In this document: in pieces, positions 53,601 through 64,000 of the stretch
Numbering within the stretch: the stretch's first letter is position 1
Layout of the letters: each line of letters starts with the position of its first letter
From: Octopus vulgaris
Taxonomy: Eukaryota
Assembly (NCBI GenBank): GCA_951406725.2
Contig: OX597822.1
Location: forward strand, 56,792,001 to 56,856,000
Length of the DNA stretch: 64,000 nt
Direction of reading: 5' to 3'
Program-made: the position numbers and the translations under genes
The notes under the pieces: generated by a model
Told to the model about the DNA's origin: nothing
Databases searched by the model: none
Seen by the model: only the letters and a program-made list of their open reading frames with translations

Positions 53601-54156
53601 TTAGTGAGAGAGCAGTGCTTGCCATCAAACTGACAATGGGGTAAAATATACGAAACCCAATATACCCATCATGACTACACGTCCGATAAGGGCACACTAG
53701 GCACATGCATCACAATCATATGTTCGCGACATGGTGATCTCATATCATGATAAACAGCACATGACCTTGCAGGTGGGGCCCAGTTAGAATTTTCTTCTGG
53801 TCAACTAGCCCATCCCGCTCAAAAGGTCTCTGAATAAGGGTTGTTTAAGGATGTTGAACGAAACACCCACGTTTCCAGAGGTGAATTATTCAAACCCCAA
53901 AGAATCCCTCTCAAGACATGGCTATGATGCTTCCCCTACTACTCCTGCTTGTGATCAGAGATGCACATATCGCCAGTCACTAAGGGACATGCTCAACTGG
54001 TAAAGGTTAAGCATCTGACAAGCAAATCTGTGGTATTGAGCAGAATATTTGCTGTCGCCCATCTTTTATACCAAGACAAAACAATGTACATGATAAGACT
54101 TCCAGTCAGTTAAGATCAGAAGCCATGAGAACCACTGCCTGGTACTGCATCAGGGC

Positions 54157-54159
<3 letters not shown>
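53601..54159 (-). mobile_element. Non-coding 560-bp element bounded by (TAA)n on both sides, possibly a LINE 5' region or a non-autonomous partner
   Basis: Begins aatgccctgatgcagtacc on the minus strand; recurs at 52351-52801 and partly at 55127-55185. Confidence 0.6.
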
Positions 54160-54219
<60 letters not shown>

Positions 54220-54221
<2 letters not shown>

Positions 54222-55043
54222 TATGTTTGACTTTTGCTTTATATTTGTACAAGTTGGCTCCAAGTCTCACCCAGAGACCTCAAGAGACAGCAGGGTTGGA
54301 AGTTCATGTTGTTGTTATGCCTAGTGTGCCATATATTTGTGGGGGGGGGTGTTGTACTAATGAATGTCTAAAAAAAAAGAAAAGTTTTTTTTGTTTGTTT
54401 TTTTAAACCGAAAATTATGTTTGTTTTAAACCTTGAGATTACATAGAAAGTATTTTGCGTAGGATATGAGCAGTTCCCATGAGCACTATCTTTTGAATTT
54501 CTGCCATTTTTGGGTTTCCTGGTATCTGAGTTAGGTAGCTATCAGCCCCTTTTGCTATCATTCCCAGGGCACCTATTACAACAGGTATTGTTTTAGTCTT
54601 CAGCTTCCACATTTTGCTGATTTCTATTTCAAGATCTTTATATTTGCTCAGTTTTTGGTAGGTCTTGACAGATACGTTTATATCGATTGGGACAGTCATA
54701 TCAATGAGGAGGCATGTTCTTTGTTTGAAGTCTTTCAATATGATGTCTGGCCTATTTGCATCTATCTTTCTGTCAGTTTGAATGGTGAAGTTCCAGAGGA
54801 GTGAGATGTGGTCATTTTCAAGCACTGGGGGTGGTTTGTGTTCCCACCAGTTTTTTTCATGGGGCAAATCCAGGTTTTTACAGATTACCCAGTGAATATA
54901 TTGTGCAGCTCTATCGTGCCTGTTGAGATACTCTGTAGGCCTAGAAGACTGCACTTGGAGACCACATGGTCAATGGTTTCATTTTGTTGCTTGCATACAC
55001 GACACGTTGGACTGCTTCTGATCTTTAATATGTTGGCCTGGTA

Positions 55044-55044
<1 letters not shown>
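54220..55044 (-). mobile_element. 5'-truncated R4/Dong-clade non-LTR retrotransposon (CCHC knuckle plus restriction-like endonuclease, ORF 54439-54954) in (TAA)n
   Basis: CRVCKQQNETIDHVVSKC, then RHD...NRPDII...LIDMTVP...KLSKYKDL...PVVIGALG; TAA arrays on both sides match the known Dong target. Confidence 0.9.
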
Positions 55045-55110
<66 letters not shown>

Positions 55111-55554
55111 CATTATTATTATTATTTAGTGAGAGAGCAGTGCTTGCCATCAAACTGACAATGGGGTAAAATATACGAAACCCAAAATAAAATAAATTAA
55201 TGTGTGTGCACGCGTGTGTTTGTATGTATGTTTGCGTGTATCTTCCTCGGAAAAAAAAGCGGTGTCCTTCGAAGTACTTTTTTATGCATGTGGTAGTCTG
55301 AATATTGATTCCATTAAAATCTGTAACCGATGACACTATTGTTTACCAGTTTTAAATATAAAGTATAAATAATAAATAGAAATAAATAAATGGGGATAAC
55401 AGATTCACAAATTTACTACATTTGGATGTGTGGAAGGCTGAATTATTAGAACGTTGGAGAAAATACCTATACCTCTTTAAGTTCTAAGTTCATATCCCTT
55501 CTATTCTGTCTTTCATCCTTAAAATATGTTCTAGGTACGAAGTAATTGCGACGA

Positions 55555-55722
55555 TCACACGCTACACGCCTTCCTTCCAAGCACTTCTGTAAGCAGCGTT
55601 AAAACTTAGCTCTGCATGCACAGCAGAGTTCAAGGTCAATTTTTGTCCAGTGGTTTTACTCTGCGTGCTTTAGCTTCGTTACTATGGCAACAGTTCTCGT
55701 ACTTATTGATAATACCTCGTGT
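55555..55722 (+). mobile_element. Solo TIR fragment of the mariner family at 37854-38726
   Basis: cacacgctacacgccttccttccaagcac...acttattgataatacctcg. Confidence 0.7.
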
Positions 55723-55745
55723 ATTTTGTGTGTGTGTGTGTGTGT

Positions 55746-55789
<44 letters not shown>

Positions 55790-56503
55790 GTGACACATAA
55801 GCGAATGGAATTATATGAACAATTACTAAATGCATTTGAACAGAGTAGATTAGATTTTGATTTTATTTAGGGCTGAGGTTTTAACATCACTATCATCTGC
55901 ATTACATCACTTGCTCAGAAAATCAATATCGTGTTATAATCATCGTTATTCTAATATCACTCAACATTATCACTATCATTATCATTAAAGCAAAACAAAT
56001 ATTATTCTACATTGAATTAAATCATCAAATCCTATTATTCACCCTACTTCTTTACCACAACGAACATAATAAGGAAACAATTGTGGATAATCATTTATTT
56101 ATTATCTCTTGCACTATTATGTAACAACTTTATAACATATTTAATGTTTTGGTGGTTGTTAGGTATGTTTGCTATTGCAAAGCAACAAGTAGTTCTCTTG
56201 ATAAATATCTCAAGTCAGTGGAGATTAGTTTTACTATTGTTAAATAAAACTGTTTTGAGGGCATAAGAAGGAATGTTGTTTTGGTCGGTTATTGATAATT
56301 AATTCAAGTATACTGTAGGCAACTGCCAATTAGCAAGATTGATTACAGTTGCTTTTAGACTGAGAACTGACAATGTAAGTGTGTGTAAAACAATGAAATT
56401 TTACATCTGATAACAAAAGTAGAATTTTAAATAAAGATAATTAGAAAACTATAGAAATTCATGAATATAACGAGAAAGAGATGTAAGAATGTAAATATAA
56501 AAT

Positions 56504-56575
<72 letters not shown>

Positions 56576-57037
56576 AGTGTTAAAGTAGAAATAATGCAAA
56601 ATAAAATAAATTAATGTGTGTGAAAACATGGATTTCTTTTAATGGATGGTTCGTTTTACAAATTGCTTCTGTAATACTGATTGACATCGGTTTTACGTTA
56701 AATTAAGGCAGAAGACTTGCAGTAGTTTCATTTCAAATCAGTTTGAATAAACAGATGACACTATTGTTTACCAGTTTTAAATATAAAGTATAAATAATAA
56801 ATAGAAATAAATTAAATGGATTGAGATTCACAAATTTAACATTTGGATTTTTACTGTAATTATTAAATTTCAGAAAAATATAATTTTTAAGTTCTAAGTT
56901 CATATTTCTATTCTGTCTTTATTAAAATTGTTCTAGGACTGATTGACACCGTCTTGAAGTTATTTAAGAAAGATCAATTTGAAAAGGTTGAATGACTGAA
57001 ATCAGGAAAAGAACAAAGAAATAAAATGAATACTTAC

Positions 57038-57199
57038 TCTTCCAAAATGCCAGATTGGCGAAATATACATTGATAAATTTGGAAAGACACAAAATACACC
57101 GACACAGAAATCCGCAACAGCAAGGTTTGCTAAGAAAAAAATTGGTTCGTGTTCGCAAGCGAGCATTTCTAATGATAATATAAAGGACCAGCAAGTTAC
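57038..57199 (-). CDS. GPCR internal exon (end of TM1 to ECL1); contains a +1 T frameshift at 57135-57141
   Basis: Acceptor ttgcag|GTAAC (phase 1), donor GGAAGA|gtaagt (phase 0); (G)NLLVLYIIIRNARLRTRTNFF/LANLAVADFCVGVFCVFPNLSMYISPIWHFGR joins in frame to VMCK. Confidence 0.9.
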
Positions 57200-59954
57200 C
57201 TGCAATAGACAAATCAGAAATATTATCACTACATTGAATTAAGATCATCAACTCCTCATATTCATCATATATTTGTCAACATCACAGATTTTATACTTTT
57301 ATTCTTTTTCATACTTTTTATTATTTATCGTGTATCAAACAATCCTCTCATTATCACTAACATATTATTTTAATATATTCATAACTGGTTTTGAGATGAA
57401 GTTGGAGTTTCGCTAAAAGTTGTGGTGTGTCCTCCATTTCTCTATTCAATCAAATGACAATCATCCTTCTCACCCATACTTCTTCTCCACATCTATCATA
57501 TACAATGGTGATATCATAATATTCATAATGTTTGCATTAAGTTTCGTTGTATGTTGTTTCTTTCAATTCGATTTATTTCCATGTTATAGTTGCTGTCTCT
57601 TCTTGCATTGTCACATGGTTGAACATACATATTTATACAGTTTTCATTTTATACCAATAGTTTTTGCTATCAAGACGGTGGCCCGTGACCATAGAGAAAC
57701 GATTGAGAATAATTTCACTAACAAATACAAAAAAATCATCTCTTCTCAAGCGATCCCACCCTAACTATCACAAACACAGACCTCTTTCTGAAGTAAATTC
57801 AAAGCAACTGTATTTCACAAATAAAACTTAACTTAATGAACCCAATATTTTGTTGTTATTACATGAATCGCTACAATATTCCAACTTTCTTCATCACAGT
57901 AATATCATAGCAAAGCTGTAACTGACAGGTGTGTGTTTGCATAATTTTGCCTTTAACTTTCAAAGTTATTGAATGTATTCCACTCTTAATGGTAATCTTC
58001 AGTAACTAAAACTTTCCTACTGGAAATAAACAGACTTCTGTCAAAACATGGATTTCTTTTAATGGATGGTTCGTTTTACAAATTGCTTCTGTAATACTGA
58101 TTGACATCGGTTTTACGTTAAATTAAGGCAGAAGACTTGCAGTAGTTTCATTTCAAATCAGTTTGAATAAAACAGATCTACAGCAGGCAGTATATCAAGA
58201 AAGAAGTAATTGAAAATTGTAGGATGTGAGATAAAGTAAATGGATTTTCTTACTGTAAAAAATTTCAATAACACAAGTATAATTTATTTACAATTACGCC
58301 AGTACCAGTATTCTTGATTTTTTATTAGATTGGTAGGACTCAGGCTGTTTAGACTGATCTTGAATGTCTATAGATCAAAATTTGAAGGAAAGGCGTGGGA
58401 GGAGAGGGAATAGCAGAAGATTGTACGCCTGTAGAGGAAATAGCGGTCAAAGTGTTTCTTAAAAGGTCTGAAAAATGAAGGTGGGAAGAGTGATGCGAGC
58501 AGGAAAAGCAGATGAATAATTTTAATGTAATTATCCTTTATTTCAAAACCAACTATGTTGTGAACACCCACCTCTGATGCTATACAAGAAAAACTACATG
58601 CACCATTTTCGTAGATTGAATGGAGTGCAGGAACACTCTGCCATACTGACGAAATATATTTGTCAGAATCACAGATTTTTTTTATACTTTTCATTCTTTT
58701 TCATACTTTCATTATTATTTTGGTGTGCAAAGACAATCCTCTCATGGTGTAACAAGACGTAATATTTTTTAATATATTCATAACTGGTTTTGAGATGAAG
58801 TTGGAGTTTCGCTAAAAGTTGTGGTGTGTTAACCCCAGAACAATCGAAACATACCAATACCTGTTGCCAAGCGGTGGTGGAGGACAAACACAGATACACA
58901 CTGATATATATATATATATATATTTCTGTGATACAGTGATACAGTGGGGGGGGGGGGAAGAAATATTCGTACATATCAAAATTCTTTATTTATTTAATTT
59001 CTAATGCTCAGAATACTATATTTGCATACACATGCATAAACTAAGAATATGCAAAAGAAACTAATAACTTATAGTAACTAAGTAATTTATATACAATCGT
59101 AAGCTTTTTCGGGCTGCTGTCCCCTTGACACCTAAGCCACATTCCTAGCGATCCCACCCTAACTATCACAAACACAGACCTCTTTCTGAAGTAAATTCAA
59201 AGCAACTGTATTTCACAAATAAAACTTAACTTAATGAACCCAATATTTTGTTGTTATTACATGAATCGCTACACCATTATCACCCCACTTTTTACATGAA
59301 TTGCTACCCCATTAGCGCCCCACTTTTCTTCAACGCCCCTTGGAACATTCCACCGCCCCAAGGGGACAATACTGCCCACATTGGGAACCACTGGTTTAGC
59401 CCATGTCAATCCTGGTTAGGTAGATATATGACCGAATTCATTAAAACGGTGACCATTCTGTCATTTCAGAAATATTTAATCCTACGCCACATTATCGAAC
59501 TAGTCCTTTCTTTTTCATTAAAATTCATAAATAGTAGCCAAATCGCACTTTTCATTAAGAAGAGTGCGATTTGGCTACTATTTCTAGCAAGTATAGTGAT
59601 AACGTAGCACTTCTTCGTTCGCTTGTCCTCTTCAAAGATCCAGTGCGGATGTTAATAGTCCATTGTTTTAAACTTAATTGTTACTGACTAGCAATTATGA
59701 AATCTAGAATTACAGATTGTCAATTAACTTATGCAATATAGTGGTTTTCACTTAACATAATCAGACTACTGTTAAGCGTGGTTGATTGTCATTTAAGAAT
59801 TTTAGTATCACAGAATTATTGCCACTAAAACAAAATATAAAACGATTTTCATAAAGTTCTAGGAAATTGTTTCCCGGTAATCTATAACGAGAAGTAATCA
59901 AATATACAGAAATATAATTAGCGATATTTGAGCGTCATACAAATAACATTAAAC

Positions 59955-60170
59955 ATATCTTTTATCTTTTATCTTTTACTTGTTTTAGTTAATAGACTGC
60001 AGCCATGCGGAGGCACCGCCTTGAAGAATTTTTAGGCGGATGAATAGACATTATTTAAGCCTGACACTTATTTTGTCGGTCTCTTTGGCCGAACCCCCAG
60101 TTACAGGGGCGTAAACATACCAATACCTGTTGCCAAGCGGTGGTGGAGGACAAACACAGATACACACTGA
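59955..60170 (-). mobile_element. SINE family A 3' half; its 5' part resumes at 61800-61832 beyond the Tc1
   Basis: cttttacttgttttagttaatagactgcagccatgcggaggcaccgcc...tcggtctctttggccgaacc; gcttctttcagtttccgtct at 61801. Confidence 0.75.
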
Positions 60171-60207
60171 TATATATATATATATATATTTCTGTGATAC
60201 AGTGATA

Positions 60208-61747
60208 CAGTGGGGGGGGGGGAAGAAATATTCGTACATATCAAAATTCTTTATTTATTTAATTTCTAATGCTCAGAATACTATATTTGCATACACATGC
60301 ATAAACTAAGAATATGCAAAAGAAACTAATAACTTATAGTAACTAAGTAATTTATATACAATCGTAAATATTTAGGGGTGAAAAAAGTATTCGTAAGAAT
60401 AAATTTATGATTTTCTATGCCACAAAATACTGTTAAAATATTTTTTTTACTAGAACTTTCTCGTTTGTTCCAATAATCTTATCAGTTGTCATTTTTAAGA
60501 GTCAAAACGCTGGCTTCTTCATTCAGCACTGAGACAACATAAAGTAGTATCGTAATAATGGCGAAAAGTAAAGAACTCACAAATATAGTGAAAAACTTAA
60601 TTATTGAACAGTGGAAAGCAGGTAAAAGTTACACGAAAATATCAGAGACCCTTTGTATTCCATTTTCTACCATATCTTCATTTATTCAAAGATATAAAAA
60701 ATCTGGAACTGTTGAAAACAGAAGAAGATCCAGTGCACCATGCAAGATTTCCCCTAGATCTTTAAGAAAAATGAAGTGAAGAATCGAAAAAAAACGGAAT
60801 GATCACCAGAAAGGAGTTGCGAGAAGATTTGTTAGCTTCAGGGACTAGTGTTACACTATGAACAATCAGCAATGAACTTTGTAGGAATGAACTGAAGTCA
60901 CGCTCTCCTAGGAAAACTCTGCTGTTCAATAAAAGGCATAGCGATGCCCGTTTAAAATTTGTTTATGAACATAAAGATAAACCTGATACATTCTGGGAAA
61001 ATGTTCTATGGACAAACGAGTCGAAAATTGAATTGTTTGGAAGAAATTATTACCATAAAGTTTGGAGGTGGCAACATCATGGTGTGGGAGTGTTTCTCTG
61101 CAAATGGTACAGGCAATTTACATGAGATAGATGGTAGAATGAATGCAGAGATATACCAAAATATTTTAAACAATAATTTATGGGACTCTTTAGAAAAGCT
61201 CCAGCTTTGTGAAGGGTGGGTTTTGCAACAGGATAACGACCATAAGCACACGCTGAAGTCTACCAAAAAATGGATTGTCGATCACAATATAAAATTATTA
61301 GAATGGCCAAGCCAGTCACCTGACTTGAACACCATTGAAAATTTGTGGCGTTATTTGAAAATTAAAATTCATTCAAGAGCGCCAAGGTGCATTCCAGATT
61401 TGAAGAAAATTTGTCAAGAAGAATGAGAAAAAATTCCTAACGAACCATGCGAGTCATTGATTAAGAACTACAAGAAGAGATTGGTTGAAGTGGAACTGAA
61501 TAATGGTTATGCTACGAAGTGTTAAATCAGAATTATCAGTAATTTATGTTCCGTACGAATACTTTTTTACCCCTAAATATTTATAATTGTATATAAATTC
61601 CTTAGTAACTATAATTTATTACTTTCTTTTGCATATTCTTAGGTTATGCATGTGTATGCAAATATAGTATTGGTATATCCCATTTATGCTCATTCGAAAT
61701 TAGATAATGAATTTTGACATATACGAATATTTATTTCCCCCCCACTG
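60208..61747 (+). mobile_element. Defective Tc1 transposon with about 190-bp IR/DR TIRs (transposase remnant 60558-61525)
   Basis: TA|cagtgggggg..aaatattcgta...tacgaatattt..ccccccactg|TA; MAKSKELT, FGGGNIMVW, QQDNDHKH, WPSQSPDLNTIENLW. Confidence 0.93.
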
Positions 61748-61752
61748 TATAT

Positions 61753-61801
<49 letters not shown>

Positions 61802-63447
61802 CTTCTTTCAGTTTCCGTCTATCACATCCACTGCTATTTCTATCATACTGAGTAACCATGTAGAGGCGCTTTCATTGACTCGATGCAGCTTATGCTTATA
61901 GAAATGTCTATATTATCCATATACTTGCTATTTTTATTCATATTGTTGAGCAGTAACTCAAATTCGTCAAGAACACCGACATTTACAATTGATGTCTATA
62001 CAGATGACAACGCCACCTACACAAACTTTTGACCTCATGTCAAGTAAGAAACCAGTAGTATTCAACTACCCAAATTCTAATCCAAGCAATTATTTTTCGA
62101 AGTTCATTGTGACTGTCACATCTCTTACGGCATATCAAAATATTTAACAGTTTGAGTGGGTTGATAAATATAATGAGGTTGTGATATGTATAGATGTGAT
62201 AATACGTATATGTACATTATGCATATCTGTGTTGTGTGCTTTATAAATAATGCATATATGTCTATGTTGTGCATATAATTATGTTATTCAGGATTTTGTG
62301 TATATGTGTGTGTGTATGTTATACACATATTGTGTTTATGTATGTGTGTTTTGTATATATATATACGTTGTATAAAAGTGCTGAAGTAAGAATAACCAAA
62401 GTCGGATTGAAACAGAATTTCCAGTTGCATTAGTTTTATCTATAAATTGAAGCACACAATAGCCGCTGCATGTACTGTTGGGGCTTGAACTATTTCTATT
62501 GTCGTTATAATAACATGGTATGCGCAGAATGGCCGAATGTTTAAGAAGTTCTCTTCGCATACATGAGGTTCCGAAAACAATCCCACTGAGTCGCGTCTGG
62601 AGCCAATGTAATTTTTTATAACCTCTAGTCGACCCATATCGTGTGAGTGGAATTAGATTGACGGAGGCTGTTACAATTGAGTGGATTGTACTCGTAATTC
62701 AAAAGATATGACCTTGTTACACCGTATCTCGCTGGTTTTAGCTGAGAATTACGTTAATGGTACACTTGTCTGAGGAATGTTCGGGCAAGTATACCTTAAT
62801 TCCGGAGCAGGTAATCCAGTAGATTGAACGACTGAATCCTTATCGGCAAACGACGGTGATTCACCACTGCCACTTCTAACACATCCAAAGTAAGTTCAAA
62901 TCTCGCTACGGTCAATTTTGCCGTACATTCCTTCAGGGTCAGTAAAATAGAGCATGGAACAAGTACTAAAATAGTCTAACCTATTCTTACAAGGCTGCTG
63001 GTCTTGTGCCTAAATAAGTAATTATTTTTTTCCACCCAGCAACAATGAATTACCACAAACTTACGATTCCAATGGTACAACGTTTGTCATATGTTGCAGA
63101 TGTAGGTTCGAGTCTCACGAGCAGTTTTTTATGACAAAGATGTCTTCTAAAACAACATGCAGACTTTCTACCAGGCTTTTTTTTTTAATATTTTGCTTCA
63201 GGAATGTTTCGACAAACTTTTCATTCTTCAGGTTCAAGTGAAATCAATATTTTTACTCTTGCCTCTGAAAAGACCTTCGGCCATGACGTCTAGTACAAGT
63301 ACCTCCTTGAAAACATTGCCTATGTTTGGGATCCATCTATCTCCCATCACTTGGATTGTAAGTTTTTTGTCACACGGCTTCATCACGTACTGATAACGCT
63401 TTCTTTCTTTCTTTATTTTTCTTTCTCTCTTTCTCTTTCTCTCTCCC

Positions 63448-63494
<47 letters not shown>

Positions 63495-64000
63495 ACTGCA
63501 CTCTACACTCTACACTCTACTAGTCCTGATGTGTCTCCTCGTTCCATATGACTCCTTACTCTTAATTATAATCACACACATTCCTTTCTAAATGTTACTA
63601 CTTTTCACTATGTCTACCACACACAGCCTACACCAAAAACAAGTGAAATTTTACATGGCTGGTAGACCTGTAAGAAATAACAGCCAAATATCCCTTAAAG
63701 CACACTCTGTCAGCTTAAAAAGAAAAGACTACATTCGCTAATGTAGTTTTGAAAAACCGTATGTTCATGGTTGAAACATTTTTGAGGATAGCTCTGTTCA
63801 GTCAGGACTCACCTGAAGTTACACGCACACGCGGACATTCAATCCATTCCATTACTCATTCTATTACGACCAATAGAAACGTCTATGAAACGAGGAAACC
63901 ACCAAGCAGTCTCACGATCTGCTAGAAATAACAGCAAAATCTCTCTCAAATCACACACACACTGTCATCTTAAAGAAAGAGTATGTTTTTTTTTAATGCT

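Noticed and set aside
57420-63551. Short ORFs considered as the GPCR first exon (57420-57764, 58368-58694, 62336-62637)
   Set aside because: Wrong strand, or no TM1-like segment ending at a phase-1 donor

Overview
This is AT-rich eukaryotic DNA dominated by microsatellites and transposon debris. The SINE repertoire and (TA)n/(TAA)n density look like an octopod cephalopod genome (inference, not verified). One host gene is supported: two exons of a minus-strand rhodopsin-type neuropeptide GPCR resembling the trissin receptor (57038-57199, 47448-48569). Its single 1-nt homopolymer frameshift lies in a visibly noisy part of the assembly. The rest is Penelope-like retroelement (PLE) fragments, Tc1/mariner elements, an R4/Dong-type LINE end and tRNA-derived SINEs. 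The main hidden signal is a dense and diverse set of type I hammerhead ribozyme motifs (about 14 intact or degenerate copies from several sequence families). Some sit at PLE 3' ends. Others sit in small non-coding units that are tandem, circularly permuted or inverted and lie in (TA)n tracts, which resembles retrozymes (circular-RNA-templated, non-autonomous retroelements). Two unrelated copies carry a U3-A8 compensatory core change. All folds were made by eye and coordinates may be off by a few nt. Ribozyme activity and circularity are untested.
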